Source: Escherichia coli
Lineage (GTDB): Bacteria > Pseudomonadota > Gammaproteobacteria > Enterobacterales > Enterobacteriaceae
NCBI RefSeq assembly: GCF_024298765.1
Contig: NZ_CP101210.1
Direction: 5' to 3' (one strand)
DNA length: 64,000 nucleotides
A program made the position numbers and the translations under genes. The notes beneath the pieces are model-generated. The model was not told the DNA's origin. It saw only the letters and a program-made list of their open reading frames with translations, and did no database searches. Below are positions 10,445-23,121 of the stretch, piece by piece (position 1 is the stretch's first letter; the number at the start of each line of letters is the position of its first letter).

Positions 10445-10532
10445 TGATTTTATTTTGACTGATAGTGACCTGTTCGTTGCAACAAATTGATAAGCAATGC
10501 TTTTTTATAATGCCAACTTAGTATAAAAAAGC
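10445..10532. other. attL: P' arm plus 15-bp core (10518..10532, ttagtataaaaaagc = reverse complement of GCTTTTTTATACTAA)
   Basis: Sequence downstream of int matches lambda P' arm and core, followed by bacterial attB flank aggcttca. Confidence 0.9.
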
Positions 10533-10578
10533 AGGCTTCAACGGATTCATTTTTCTATTTCATAGCCCGGAGCAACCT

Positions 10579-11862
10579 GTGAACACATTTTCAGTTTCCC
10601 GTCTGGCGCTGGCATTGGCTTTTGGCGTGACGCTGACCGCCTGTAGCTCAACACCGCCCGATCAACGTCCTTCTGATCAAACCGCGCCTGGTACCTCTTC
10701 TCGCCCGATTCTGTCGGCAAAAGAAGCGCAGAATTTCGATGCTCAACACTATTTTGCATCCCTGACACCAGGTGCGGCAGCGTGGAATCCTTCCCCGATT
10801 ACCCTGCCTGCACAACCTGACTTTGTTGTCGGCCCGGCGGGTACTCAAGGTGTAACGCATACCACGATTCAGGCGGCGGTAGATGCGGCAATTATCAAGC
10901 GTACCAACAAGCGCCAGTATATTGCCGTGATGCCTGGTGAGTATCAGGGAACGGTATATGTCCCTGCCGCTCCGGGTGGAATTACTCTGTACGGTACAGG
11001 TGAAAAACCGATTGATGTGAAGATTGGGCTTTCCCTTGATGGGGGCATGAGCCCTGCCGACTGGCGTCACGACGTCAACCCGCGCGGCAAATATATGCCA
11101 GGTAAACCAGCGTGGTATATGTACGATAGCTGCCAGAGCAAACGCAGCGACAGTATCGGCGTTCTCTGCTCTGCGGTCTTCTGGTCACAAAACAATGGAC
11201 TGCAACTGCAAAACCTGACCATCGAAAACACGCTGGGCGATAGCGTAGATGCGGGTAACCATCCGGCGGTGGCACTGCGTACTGATGGTGACCAGGTACA
11301 GATTAACAACGTTAACATTCTCGGTCGTCAGAACACCTTCTTTGTCACCAACAGCGGTGTGCAGAACCGTCTGGAAACGAATCGTCAGCCGCGTACGCTG
11401 GTGACCAACAGCTACATTGAAGGGGATGTGGATATCGTTTCTGGTCGCGGCGCAGTGGTGTTCGATAATACCGAATTCCGCGTGGTGAACTCACGTACTC
11501 AGCAAGAAGCGTATGTGTTTGCACCGGCTACGCTGTCCAACATTTACTACGGTTTCCTCGCCGTAAACAGTCGTTTCAATGCTTCCGGTGATGGCGTGGC
11601 GCAACTGGGCCGCTCGCTGGATGTTGATGCCAATACCAACGGTCAGGTGGTGATCCGTGATAGCGCCATCAACGAAGGTTTTAACACAGCCAAACCGTGG
11701 GCTGATGCGGTGATTTCCAATCGTCCATTCGCGGGTAACACCGGCAGCGTTGATGATAACGACGAAGTACAGCGCAATCTGAATGACACTAACTACAACC
11801 GCATGTGGGAATACAATAACCGCGGCGTGGGTAGCAAAGTGGTTGCAGAGGCGAAGAAGTAG
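10579..11862 (+). CDS. ybhC: YbhC outer-membrane lipoprotein (pectinesterase-like acyl-CoA thioesterase)
   Basis: 427-aa ORF with lipoprotein signal MNTFSVSRLALALAFGVTLTACSS; GTG start. Confidence 0.9.
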   Translation: MNTFSVSRLALALAFGVTLTACSSTPPDQRPSDQTAPGTSSRPILSAKEAQNFDAQHYFASLTPGAAAWNPSPITLPAQPDFVVGPAGTQGVTHTTIQAAVDAAIIKRTNKRQYIAVMPGEYQGTVYVPAAPGGITLYGTGEKPIDVKIGLSLDGGMSPADWRHDVNPRGKYMPGKPAWYMYDSCQSKRSDSIGVLCSAVFWSQNNGLQLQNLTIENTLGDSVDAGNHPAVALRTDGDQVQINNVNILGRQNTFFVTNSGVQNRLETNRQPRTLVTNSYIEGDVDIVSGRGAVVFDNTEFRVVNSRTQQEAYVFAPATLSNIYYGFLAVNSRFNASGDGVAQLGRSLDVDANTNGQVVIRDSAINEGFNTAKPWADAVISNRPFAGNTGSVDDNDEVQRNLNDTNYNRMWEYNNRGVGSKVVAEAKK

Positions 11863-11875
11863 GAGCTGTTAACTA

Positions 11876-11992
<117 letters not shown>

Positions 11993-12002
11993 ATGGCGCT
12001 TT

Positions 12003-14264
12003 TTACATCTGACGGTTTTTATTGAAGTTAATCAAACTACCCGCCTTGATAATCTCGCGCTCTTCAGCAGTCAGACTTTCCATATAGAGCGTAATCTCCG
12101 TTACCGGTGCATCTTCATGGATCACATAACCTTTAAACGTCGTTCCAGGATTATCCAGCGCCGCTTTAATGCCAGGGATGTAAATGTAATCCCCCACTTC
12201 AAACGTTGGTGCTTCCGCCATTTGCAGCGGTAACATCCCCCAGTTGATGACGTTAGAACGGTAGCGTTTAGTCGCGTATTCCTCGGCAATATTCGCCAGA
12301 CCGCCAATCACACGCTGGCAGCTCGCCGCCTGCTCACGCGCAGAACCATCGCCTGGTTTCACCGCATAGACCATGCTGCCAATTTCAGTTTGCAGCGGAT
12401 CAATATGCTCCTGACCAGCAATCTGCTTAATGCGCGCAAACACCTCTGTCAGCTCGCTGACATTCCCCGCCAGACGCTGATTTTCCAGCTCAGCAGTCGC
12501 TTTACTTCTGCCAACATAACCGGGATCGCGGCGTGACAGGGTAAACTCCGCCAGACCAATCGGATTTGAACGATAAGAAGAGGTTTCACCGGAAGGAATC
12601 AGTTCGTCGGTGGTGGTGACTTCGTCGAGGATCTTCGAGCACACTTTGAGGACGATATTGTCAGTCAGCGCGCCCAATTCCGGCCAGTCTTTGATGTTCG
12701 GTCCGTAGATCAGCGGTTGCTGGGTCGCCCCTTTCACAAAGCCTTGATAGACGCGATTTTTATACGGCGTTACATCGAAGGCGTACTCCGGCACGTTGTC
12801 CCAGCAATCGAGTTCGCTGGCAGAGGTTAAATAGCCACCGTTTGCCGCAGTTGCAGCGATAGAACGAGCGTCCATCAACGCCACCGCTGACATCTGCCCA
12901 TTAGCTGGCTTAGAGCCTTCGCGGTTCGGGAAGTTACGCGTGGTGTGGCGAATACTCAAACCGTTGTTGATTGGCGTATCGCCCGCACCAAAGCATGGGC
13001 CGCAGAACGCGGTTCTGATGATTGCGCCTGCGCCAATCAAATCTGCTACCACACCTTTTTTGGCGAGATCCATAAACACCGGCTGTGATGACGGGTAAAC
13101 CGCCAATGAGAAGGTATCGTTGCCGCAGGATTGACCGCGCAGCGCATTCGCCGCCGCGATGACGTTTTCGTAGTTACCGCCAGAACAGCCCGCGATAATC
13201 CCCTGCTGCACTTTCAGGCGACCATTTTCCACTTTATCCAGCAGCGAGAGTTTGGCTTTACCGTGCGCCACGCGTTCGGACTCAATTTCAATCTCACGCA
13301 GAATGTCGGTCAGGTTCTGGTTCAGCGTGTCGATTTCATACACGTTGCTCGGGTGGAATGGCAGCGCAATCATTGGTTTGATGGCGCTTAAATCAACGCT
13401 GATGCAGCCATCGTAGTACGCCATTGGTTGAGGGTTAAGTTGGCAGTAATCCTGGCCGCGACCGTGCAGCGCCAGCCAGTTATGGACTTCTTCATCGGTT
13501 TGCCAGACAGAACTTAAACAGGTCGTTTCAGTGGTCATCACGTCAACGCTGTTACGGAAATCGGTAGAGAGCGCTGCAACACCGGGACCTACGAACTCCA
13601 TCACTTTGTTTTTGACGTAACCGTTTTTGAACACGGCACCGATGATAGCCAGCGCCACATCCTGCGGCCCCACATACGGCGCAGGTTTTCCGGTCAGATG
13701 CACCGCAACCACGCCCGGATAGTCGATATCCCAGGTGTCATTAAGCAGCTGTTTTACCAACTCGCCGCCGCCCTCGCCAACCGCCATTGTCCCTAACGCA
13801 CCGTAACGGGTATGGCTGTCTGACCCGAGGATCATTTTGCCGCCGCCCGCCATCATTTCACGCATATATTGATGGATGACCGCAATATGCGGTGGCACAA
13901 AAATACCGCCATAACGCTGGGCCGCCGATAAACCAAAAACATGGTCATCACCGTTAATGGTGCCGCCCACAGCACAGAGTGAGTTATGGCAGTTGGTCAG
14001 CACATACGGCAGCGGGAAACGTTCCATACCGGACGCTTTAGCGGTCTGTACAATACCAACAAAGGTAATATCGTGAGAGGCTAATGAATCAAACTTAATT
14101 TTAAGTTTATCCATATTTCCGGACGTATTATGAGAAGAGAGAATAGACCAGGCAATAGTGCCTTTTTTTGCTTCTTCTTTTTTTATTTCGCCGGTGAAAT
14201 GTTCTTCGGCAATTATTTCGTTATTGCTGGCGAGAAACACGCCTTTTTCAGATAACTTGATCAT
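12003..14264 (-). CDS. ybhJ: YbhJ aconitase-family protein
   Basis: Long ORF, aconitase-like; start taken at ATG giving [16 protein letters not shown] (753 aa). Confidence 0.85.
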   Translation of the reverse strand: MIKLSEKGVFLASNNEIIAEEHFTGEIKKEEAKKGTIAWSILSSHNTSGNMDKLKIKFDSLASHDITFVGIVQTAKASGMERFPLPYVLTNCHNSLCAVGGTINGDDHVFGLSAAQRYGGIFVPPHIAVIHQYMREMMAGGGKMILGSDSHTRYGALGTMAVGEGGGELVKQLLNDTWDIDYPGVVAVHLTGKPAPYVGPQDVALAIIGAVFKNGYVKNKVMEFVGPGVAALSTDFRNSVDVMTTETTCLSSVWQTDEEVHNWLALHGRGQDYCQLNPQPMAYYDGCISVDLSAIKPMIALPFHPSNVYEIDTLNQNLTDILREIEIESERVAHGKAKLSLLDKVENGRLKVQQGIIAGCSGGNYENVIAAANALRGQSCGNDTFSLAVYPSSQPVFMDLAKKGVVADLIGAGAIIRTAFCGPCFGAGDTPINNGLSIRHTTRNFPNREGSKPANGQMSAVALMDARSIAATAANGGYLTSASELDCWDNVPEYAFDVTPYKNRVYQGFVKGATQQPLIYGPNIKDWPELGALTDNIVLKVCSKILDEVTTTDELIPSGETSSYRSNPIGLAEFTLSRRDPGYVGRSKATAELENQRLAGNVSELTEVFARIKQIAGQEHIDPLQTEIGSMVYAVKPGDGSAREQAASCQRVIGGLANIAEEYATKRYRSNVINWGMLPLQMAEAPTFEVGDYIYIPGIKAALDNPGTTFKGYVIHEDAPVTEITLYMESLTAEEREIIKAGSLINFNKNRQM

Positions 14265-14446
14265 CAAATGCTCCAGATATCTGCGCACCGTGAAGTGCGC
14301 AGAAAGATAATAAATGGATATACTCTAAATAATTCGAGTTGCAGGAAGGCGACAAGCGAGTGAATCCCCAGGAGCTTACATAAGTAAGTGACTGGGGTGA
14401 GCGAACGCAGACGCAGCACATGCAACTTGAAGTATGACGAGTATAT

Positions 14447-15880
14447 TTACAGCATGTTCCAGCCGATCAGCATATTCCACCACCACACGCCGAGGGTGAT
14501 ATGCACCAGGAAGGTTAATATCGTCAGTACCGCACCGACCAACCACCAGGATTTAATATCGTTGTAACCCACGCCAAAGATGACCGGACCTGCCGCGCCG
14601 CCATAGTGAGTAACCATGCCGCCATAGGAGTTAGAGAACAACAGTGCCAGCGCGGTTAACATTAACGGTGCGCCGGAGACATTCGCCAGCATGGCAAATA
14701 CCGGTAACATGGCAACGATATAGGCACTACCAGAAGCGAAGAAATAACGCACGATGATGCTGAGGAAAATAATAACGAAGAAAGCAACGTTACCGTGACC
14801 ATCAAATGCCAGGTTATTTTTAAAGACTTCAGCTAACCATTCGAAGAATTTAACTTTCGATAATAAGGAGCTTAAGCCGATAATACCGCCGTACCAGATT
14901 AAGGTATTCCAGCCGCCTTTATTTTTAACCACGTCTTCCCAGGTAACGATACCCAGCAGCAGCATAGTTGCCATAACAACGATTGCCACGGTGGATTCAT
15001 CAACCCCCAGAGACTTACTGAAAATCCAGCCCAGCAGCGCCAGCACAAAGACACCGAGCAGCATTTTTTCGCGGATTTTCATCGGTCCCAGTTCGGCAAG
15101 GCCCGCTTTAGCGATGGTTTTGTTATCCACCTTCTTAATTTCTGGTGGATACATGGTGTAAATCACCAGCGGGGTGACCAGCAGCATAATGATGCCCGGC
15201 AATCCGGCGGCTAGCGCCCATCCACCCCAGCTAATTTGCAGGTGCAGAATGTCGTTGATCATTTTCAGCGCCAGAATGTTCCCCGCCATTGCGGTAAAGA
15301 ACATATAGCTGGTGGTTTTAGTGACCATGTAAATGGACATCATCAGGTAATGTCCAACACGACGCGGACTTTTTTCCGGTTCTGATCCCAAAGCCACTGC
15401 CACGCTGTTGATGATCGGTAACACGATGCCGCCCGCACGCGCGGTGTTAGACGGTGTTGCCGGAGCCAGTACCAGATCGAGAAATACCGTAACGTAACCC
15501 AGACCCAGGGTAGTGCTACCAATTTTACCAATCAGCAGATAGGCAATACGTTTACCTAAGCCTGTGGTTACAAACGCGGCGCTTAAAGTAAACGCAGAAA
15601 ACACCAGCCAGGTGGTACCGGAAGAGTAACCGCTTAATACGGCGGTGGTTTTAAATTCCCCACCTGATAAGTTACCCACCACTACCATCGATGCGGCGAC
15701 GGCAATTAACAGTACGACAGGTTCCGGGAAAGGCTTGATAACCAGCCCCACAATGGCCGCCAGGTAAATACCAAAAAGCACCCACGCCAGTTCGCTTAAT
15801 CCTGCCGGAGCTGGCATAAAGCCAATAATACATGGGATCGCTAATATCAGAATTAGCTTCCATAACGATTTTTTATTCAT
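14447..15880 (-). CDS. ybhI: YbhI DASS-family anion transporter
   Basis: 477-aa polytopic membrane ORF. Confidence 0.88.
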   Translation of the reverse strand: MNKKSLWKLILILAIPCIIGFMPAPAGLSELAWVLFGIYLAAIVGLVIKPFPEPVVLLIAVAASMVVVGNLSGGEFKTTAVLSGYSSGTTWLVFSAFTLSAAFVTTGLGKRIAYLLIGKIGSTTLGLGYVTVFLDLVLAPATPSNTARAGGIVLPIINSVAVALGSEPEKSPRRVGHYLMMSIYMVTKTTSYMFFTAMAGNILALKMINDILHLQISWGGWALAAGLPGIIMLLVTPLVIYTMYPPEIKKVDNKTIAKAGLAELGPMKIREKMLLGVFVLALLGWIFSKSLGVDESTVAIVVMATMLLLGIVTWEDVVKNKGGWNTLIWYGGIIGLSSLLSKVKFFEWLAEVFKNNLAFDGHGNVAFFVIIFLSIIVRYFFASGSAYIVAMLPVFAMLANVSGAPLMLTALALLFSNSYGGMVTHYGGAAGPVIFGVGYNDIKSWWLVGAVLTILTFLVHITLGVWWWNMLIGWNML

Positions 15881-15955
15881 TTAATATCCTGTTCTTTCTG
15901 TATGACTCATACAGAATTCCTTTATTGATTGTCATTATCACGACAACAAAATTTT

Positions 15956-17008
15956 TCAGGGAAGATAAACTTCACCGGAAAATATTTTTCTTGTCGTCCG
16001 AATAACAGATGCGCGTAACGTCGTGGCATCCTGACCTTCATTACTTAAATGAACGTCGAGCGCACCACTGGGGTGTTCAATATTGATATTGCCGTATCCT
16101 ACAGAAGGGACGATTTGTCGGGTGACGGTGCCTTCCAATGCACAACTACAGGAAATAGCAATAGCACCGGTTATCGCCAAAGCGCGATGGCAAGAATGCG
16201 GCATAAAATAACGCACATTAATTGCCCCGCCTTTCTGCGCTGGAGAAATAAGTACAGGTTTAGGGATAACCATATTACTGACATCGCCTAAGCCCATTGC
16301 TTTACCCGCTTGTAGACGGATAGATTCAATGCTGGCTAATAATGCTTTGTCGGCATCCAGCTCTGCCGGTAATTCATAGCCTGTTTTTCCCAGATATTCA
16401 GCAGGAATAATGACAACTGGCATCGCCATATCGATACAGGTCACCGGGACATCGTCAAAATAATCAATCTGATTATCCGTCGGGAAGACTTTTCCGGTTT
16501 TCGTTCCGGCGGCATTCAGGAAAGTGAGCGCAACCGGTGCGGCAGTACCCGGTACGCCGTCAATTCTGGCGCTACCCTCGTACTCGACAACACCATTTGG
16601 CGTTTGCACATCAGCTTCGATAAACGTACCCGTATTGACGTTGCGGATACGTACGCGGGTAACTGGCGAAGTCGCTGCAATCAAACCATTTTCAATGGCG
16701 AATGCCCCAACGCCAGACAGCATATTGCCGCAGTTAGGCGTGGTATCGACACGTTGCTCATGGACGATAACTTGAGCAAACAGATAATCGACATCTGCAC
16801 GCGGATCGCTGGAGCGGCTAATAATGGCGACTTTACTGGTCAGCGGATTACCGCCGCCAATACCGTCAATTTCCAGATCGTTACCGGAACCCATAATTGC
16901 CATCAATATTTTATCGCGCTGCGTTTGATCTTCGGGTAGATGTTCCGCTAACAGGAACGCGCCCCTCGAGGTTCCACCTCGCATCATCACGCAGGGTATT
17001 TTTTTCAT
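15956..17008 (-). CDS. ybhH: YbhH (PrpF/AcnD-accessory isomerase family)
   Basis: 350-aa ORF MKKIPCVMMRGGTSRGAFLL... Confidence 0.88.
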   Translation of the reverse strand: MKKIPCVMMRGGTSRGAFLLAEHLPEDQTQRDKILMAIMGSGNDLEIDGIGGGNPLTSKVAIISRSSDPRADVDYLFAQVIVHEQRVDTTPNCGNMLSGVGAFAIENGLIAATSPVTRVRIRNVNTGTFIEADVQTPNGVVEYEGSARIDGVPGTAAPVALTFLNAAGTKTGKVFPTDNQIDYFDDVPVTCIDMAMPVVIIPAEYLGKTGYELPAELDADKALLASIESIRLQAGKAMGLGDVSNMVIPKPVLISPAQKGGAINVRYFMPHSCHRALAITGAIAISCSCALEGTVTRQIVPSVGYGNINIEHPSGALDVHLSNEGQDATTLRASVIRTTRKIFSGEVYLP

Positions 17009-17191
17009 AATAATGCCCTCAATTTAAAAACATAACTTATTGCGATATGGTTACATTAAGGGCAAAGCATCTCTAATGACTTTAGCTCAACGATTAATAA
17101 CATTTTTTCATTAATTTAAGTTGGCTAAATGCAGTTAAAATTTTTAACTGCCAGTCACCCAAAATCGTCGCTTCCATTTTCCGGAGTAATA

Positions 17192-18145
17192 ATGAAGCAT
17201 GAATTATCAAGTATGAAGGCATTTGTCATACTGGCAGAGTCCAGTTCATTTAACAATGCTGCTAAATTACTCAATATTACGCAACCTGCATTAACGCGAA
17301 GAATAAAAAAGATGGAGGAAGATTTACACATTCAACTATTTGAGCGTACAACTCGCAAGGTTACGTTAACAAAAGCAGGAAAAAGGTTGCTCCCGGAGGC
17401 GCGGGAATTAATAAAAAAATTCGATGAAACGCTTTTTAATATTCGTGATATGAATGCTTATCATCGTGGTATGGTGACGTTAGCGTGTATTCCGACCGCA
17501 GTATTTTATTTTTTACCGCTGGCAATCGGTAAATTTAATGAGCTGTATCCCAATATTAAAGTGCGGATTCTGGAACAAGGCACGAATAATTGCATGGAAT
17601 CGGTGCTGTGTAACGAATCAGACTTTGGCATAAACATGAACAACGTCACAAATTCATCCATTGATTTTACCCCACTGGTCAACGAGCCGTTCGTGCTGGC
17701 CTGTCGGCGTGACCATCCATTGGCCAAAAAGCAGCTTGTAGAATGGCAGGAGTTAGTGGGTTACAAAATGATTGGCGTACGCTCCTCCAGCGGCAACCGA
17801 CTATTGATAGAACAACAGCTAGCCGACAAGCCCTGGAAGCTGGACTGGTTTTACGAAGTGCGTCATCTTTCGACGTCATTAGGGCTGGTGGAGGCGGGAC
17901 TGGGGATTTCGGCGCTTCCTGGTCTGGCAATGCCCCATGCGCCCTATTCTTCGATTATTGGTATCCCGCTGGTGGAACCGGTTATACGTCGGACATTGGG
18001 GATTATTCGCCGCAAAGATGCCGTGCTTTCTCCGGCAGCTGAACGCTTTTTTGCCTTGCTGATTAATTTGTGGACTGACGATAAAGACAATTTGTGGACC
18101 AATATCGTCGAACGCCAGAGACATGCGTTACAGGAGATAGGTTAA
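17192..18145 (+). CDS. ybhD: YbhD LysR-family transcriptional regulator
   Basis: HTH LysR N-terminus MKHELSSMKAFVILAESSSFNNAAKLLNITQPALTRRIKKMEE; divergent from ybhH. Confidence 0.88.
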   Translation: MKHELSSMKAFVILAESSSFNNAAKLLNITQPALTRRIKKMEEDLHIQLFERTTRKVTLTKAGKRLLPEARELIKKFDETLFNIRDMNAYHRGMVTLACIPTAVFYFLPLAIGKFNELYPNIKVRILEQGTNNCMESVLCNESDFGINMNNVTNSSIDFTPLVNEPFVLACRRDHPLAKKQLVEWQELVGYKMIGVRSSSGNRLLIEQQLADKPWKLDWFYEVRHLSTSLGLVEAGLGISALPGLAMPHAPYSSIIGIPLVEPVIRRTLGIIRRKDAVLSPAAERFFALLINLWTDDKDNLWTNIVERQRHALQEIG

Positions 18146-18185
18146 TACACCGGCGCAGAAGAGACTGCGCCGGGTAAATCAGCGG

Positions 18186-19217
<1,032 letters not shown>

Positions 19218-19335
19218 CTAAAATTAGTCGCTTTTGGCGGTGAATGCTGAATTAAAACGCAGAATTTTGTCCGATAGTGGTATCGGTGTACCATTCGCGC
19301 AGACGAAAATTCTTAACCTTAATCTGGAATACGCC

Positions 19336-20154
19336 ATGACCACACGCGTGATTGCTCTCGACTTAGACGGCACCTTATTGACCCCGAAAAAGACCTTGCT
19401 TCCATCATCGATAGAAGCCCTGGCCCGCGCTCGCGAAGCAGGCTATCAATTAATCATCGTCACAGGTCGCCATCACGTCGCTATTCATCCTTTTTATCAG
19501 GCGCTGGCGCTGGATACACCTGCTATTTGCTGTAATGGCACCTATTTGTATGATTATCATGCAAAAACTGTGCTGGAAGCGGACCCAATGCCTGTTAACA
19601 AAGCCCTGCAACTCATTGAGATGCTGAATGAACACCACATTCACGGTCTGATGTATGTGGATGATGCGATGGTTTATGAGCACCCGACCGGACATGTCAT
19701 TCGCACGTCTAACTGGGCGCAAACCCTGCCGCCGGAACAGCGTCCGACTTTCACACAAGTCGCTTCTCTGGCTGAAACGGCGCAACAAGTTAACGCCGTA
19801 TGGAAGTTCGCCCTGACGCACGATGACCTGCCGCAATTGCAGAATTTTGGTAAGCATGTCGAACATGAACTGGGACTGGAGTGTGAATGGTCCTGGCACG
19901 ATCAGGTTGATATTGCACGCGGCGGCAACAGCAAAGGTAAACGTTTGACGAAATGGGTTGAGGCGCAAGGCTGGTCGATGGAAAACGTCGTGGCCTTCGG
20001 CGATAACTTCAATGATATTAGTATGCTGGAAGCCGCTGGTACAGGCGTGGCGATGGGCAACGCCGATGACGCAGTAAAAGCGCGCGCCAACATTGTGATT
20101 GGTGATAACACCACCGACAGCATTGCCCAGTTCATTTATAGCCACCTGATTTAA
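19336..20154 (+). CDS. ybhA: YbhA HAD-family pyridoxal phosphate phosphatase
   Basis: MTTRVIALDLDGTLL HAD motif; 272 aa from internal ATG of the 306-aa track ORF. Confidence 0.88.
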   Translation: MTTRVIALDLDGTLLTPKKTLLPSSIEALARAREAGYQLIIVTGRHHVAIHPFYQALALDTPAICCNGTYLYDYHAKTVLEADPMPVNKALQLIEMLNEHHIHGLMYVDDAMVYEHPTGHVIRTSNWAQTLPPEQRPTFTQVASLAETAQQVNAVWKFALTHDDLPQLQNFGKHVEHELGLECEWSWHDQVDIARGGNSKGKRLTKWVEAQGWSMENVVAFGDNFNDISMLEAAGTGVAMGNADDAVKARANIVIGDNTTDSIAQFIYSHLI

Positions 20155-21213
20155 TCAGGCGGTTATCGACACACTTTTAATTTGCGCATACAGCCACAGG
20201 CCAGGTTTGATCGCCAGTTCATCCCTGGCCCACGGGCTGATACGCGCCCACAGCGTTTTACCGCCGACTTCCAGCTCCACTTCCACCTGGCCGTTGTCGT
20301 CATAACTATTAACAACTTTTGCCCGCAATACGTTACGAATGCTGGTTTGCTGTGGCGGTTGTAAAACCAGCGAGACATCGGAAGCCTGAATGCGGATGCG
20401 TAGCGCAGCTTGCAGCGGTTCGTCCAGCTTATTGACCCACAAATGCTGATCGCCCAGCGCCAGCGCGGTCATCGCGTAATGCGGATGATGCTCAAGTACT
20501 GTCACTTTCAGAATGCTACTTTGTTGCTCTTTCGGTAGCCACGGATTCATCACGCTACTACCCCAGACTTCTTCCAGCGCGCCAAAGGCTTTCACCTGAC
20601 CGTTTTCCAGTACCATCACTCTGTCTGCCAGATGGAGGATTTCATCCAGCGAATGGCTGACATACAACATCGGAATGTTGATTTCCCGCGTCAGACGTTG
20701 CAGATAAGGCAACAGTTCGCGTTTACGCGGAATATCCAGTGACGCCAGCGGTTCATCCAGCAACAGCAATTCCGGTGCTGTCAGCAAAGCCCGACCAATC
20801 GCCACGCGCTGTTTTTCGCCTCCGGACAGGCTGCCTGGTAAACGTTCAAGCAACGGTTCAATGCCTAAAAGCGCCACCAGCTTATCGAACTGATTGACCA
20901 TGCTTTTCGCCATGCCGTAGCGCAGATTGCCACGCACTTTGTAATGCGGGAACAGCCGCGCATCCTGAAAAACATAGCCAACGCGACGCTTTTCCGGCGA
21001 CAGGCAGATACCTTTTTCGGCATCATTTAGTACCCGACCATTGAGGACAATCCGCCCTTTTTGCGGACGTGTCAGTCCACTGATGGCGTTAATCAGCGAA
21101 GTTTTTCCGGCACCGGAGACGCCAAAGATAGCAGTTATGCCATTGGCGGGCAGCGTTTCATCAATGGTCAGGCAATGGTTGCCCAACGTCTGGGAAAAAT
21201 TCAGTTCCAGCAT
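20155..21213 (-). CDS. modC: Molybdate ABC transporter ATPase
   Basis: 352-aa ORF with Walker [10 protein letters not shown] and TOBE domain. Confidence 0.93.
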   Translation of the reverse strand: MLELNFSQTLGNHCLTIDETLPANGITAIFGVSGAGKTSLINAISGLTRPQKGRIVLNGRVLNDAEKGICLSPEKRRVGYVFQDARLFPHYKVRGNLRYGMAKSMVNQFDKLVALLGIEPLLERLPGSLSGGEKQRVAIGRALLTAPELLLLDEPLASLDIPRKRELLPYLQRLTREINIPMLYVSHSLDEILHLADRVMVLENGQVKAFGALEEVWGSSVMNPWLPKEQQSSILKVTVLEHHPHYAMTALALGDQHLWVNKLDEPLQAALRIRIQASDVSLVLQPPQQTSIRNVLRAKVVNSYDDNGQVEVELEVGGKTLWARISPWARDELAIKPGLWLYAQIKSVSITA

Positions 21214-21215
21214 GA

Positions 21216-21905
21216 TTAGCGCCCTGCCCGTTCACGGCTGATTCTGGCCAGCCATTCTGAAATCAACAGGGAGATCATCGCCAGCGCAATAGAAATAATG
21301 CACAGTCTCGCCGCGCCACTTTCCCCGCCGGGGGTCTGGATCAGGGTATACATGGCAGAAGGAATGGTTCGCGTTTCACCAGGAATGTTCGACACAAAGG
21401 TGATGGTTGCACCAAACTCACCGAGAGAACGAGCAAAAGCCAGTACCGTACCAACAATAATGCCCGGTAAGGTCAGCGGTAACGTGATAGTAAAGAAAAC
21501 GCGCCAGCGCCCGGCACCCAGTGTTCTTGCGGCCTGTTCCAGTTTGATATCAACACCTTCCAGCGCCAGACGAATTGCCCGCACCATCAGCGGAAACGAC
21601 ATAACGGCGGCAGCGAGAACCGCGCCGCGCCAGCTAAAGGCGAAGGTAATGCCAAACCAGTCATACAGACGTTCACCGATAAATCCGCGCCGTCCCATCG
21701 AAACTAATAATAAGTAACCGACGACCACGGGCGGTAACACCAGCGGTAGATGCAGTACGCTGTCGAGCAGAGCTTTGCCCGGAAACGTGCAACGCACCAG
21801 TAACCAGGCAAAAAAGATCCCAAACGGCAGGCTAAACAGCACAGCCAGGGAAGAAACTTTCAGGCTTAATAAAACTGCCTGCCATTCTGGATCAGTCAGT
21901 ATCAT
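21216..21905 (-). CDS. modB: Molybdate ABC transporter permease
   Basis: 229-aa membrane ORF. Confidence 0.93.
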   Translation of the reverse strand: MILTDPEWQAVLLSLKVSSLAVLFSLPFGIFFAWLLVRCTFPGKALLDSVLHLPLVLPPVVVGYLLLVSMGRRGFIGERLYDWFGITFAFSWRGAVLAAAVMSFPLMVRAIRLALEGVDIKLEQAARTLGAGRWRVFFTITLPLTLPGIIVGTVLAFARSLGEFGATITFVSNIPGETRTIPSAMYTLIQTPGGESGAARLCIISIALAMISLLISEWLARISRERAGR

Positions 21906-22678
21906 TACTTGGTTGTAAATCCGTAACGTTTAAAGATTTCCGCAGCCTGCGGCCCTTTCAAATAATCATAAAATGCTTTCACTGTCGCATTGTTATGCCC
22001 TTCCACAACAGCAACCGGATATTCCACTTTTTTATGTGAATCTTCCGGGAAGGTGGCAACCACTTTTACCCCTTTGCTGGCAACTGCGTCAGAACCGTAA
22101 ACAATACCCAGCGGCGCTTCATTGCGTTCGACCAACGCCAGCGCGCCACGAACATCTTCCGCCGGAGCCAGTTTCGGGGAGAGCGTATCCCATGCGCCCA
22201 GTTTTTGCAGTGCTTCTTTTGCATAAATGCCAGCGGGAACATGTTCCGGATCGCCAACCGCCAGACGACCGCCATTCAGCAGCGAAGTCCAGTTGGTTTT
22301 GCTGTCGATGGTGAAATCTTTCTGCTCGCTGGCTTTCGGTGCTACAACGACCAGGCTATTGCCGAGCAGTGTCTGGCGCGAAGCCGTATCGATCGCTTTT
22401 TTATCAACCGCATAATCCATCCATTTCTGATCGGCAGAAATAAACAGATCCGCAGGCGCACCCGCTTCAATCTGACGGGCCAAAGTAGATGACGAAGCGA
22501 AAGAAGAAACCACATCCACGCCTTTCTCTTTTTTATACTGCGTAGCAATGTCCTGCATTGCGTTAGTCAGTGATGCGGCGGCGAACACCGTGATTTTCCC
22601 TTCATCTGCCAGTGCATTGCCAGCAACAGCGAAAGAGAGTGCCGCCCCGGCAAACAAGTTCAACCATTTACGAGCCAT
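21905..22678 (-). CDS. modA: Molybdate periplasmic binding protein
   Basis: 257-aa ORF with signal peptide MARKWLNLFAGAALSFAVAGNALA. Confidence 0.93.
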   Translation of the reverse strand: MARKWLNLFAGAALSFAVAGNALADEGKITVFAAASLTNAMQDIATQYKKEKGVDVVSSFASSSTLARQIEAGAPADLFISADQKWMDYAVDKKAIDTASRQTLLGNSLVVVAPKASEQKDFTIDSKTNWTSLLNGGRLAVGDPEHVPAGIYAKEALQKLGAWDTLSPKLAPAEDVRGALALVERNEAPLGIVYGSDAVASKGVKVVATFPEDSHKKVEYPVAVVEGHNNATVKAFYDYLKGPQAAEIFKRYGFTTK

Positions 22679-22692
22679 TGGTAACCCCTTAA

Positions 22693-22725
22693 TCTAACGT
22701 TATGTAGGCGACAATATAACGGCTA
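22693..22725. promoter_or_regulatory. ModE operator at modA promoter
   Basis: Reverse complement reads cgttatattgtcgcctacataacgttagattaagg, matching the known ModE site. Confidence 0.7.
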
Positions 22726-22843
22726 ACTCAGAATTTTCCCAGCAGTTATTGCTAACCTTTGTGAGGTAGATGAGAAAAAATATCGGCAGGAAAAGCAGGA
22801 GGTTGAGAAAAAGAAATGCCCGACTAAGCGGGCATTCAGGGAT

Positions 22844-23011
<168 letters not shown>

Positions 23012-23121
23012 TCATGAGACTATTCTAACCGCTAAGCAAAGAAAAGCACTCCCCTTTTGTGCGGTCAGCTTTGCGTGGCGTTCGTTTTCCGTCACAATAA
23101 GACTTTTTCCAGGATATTGTT

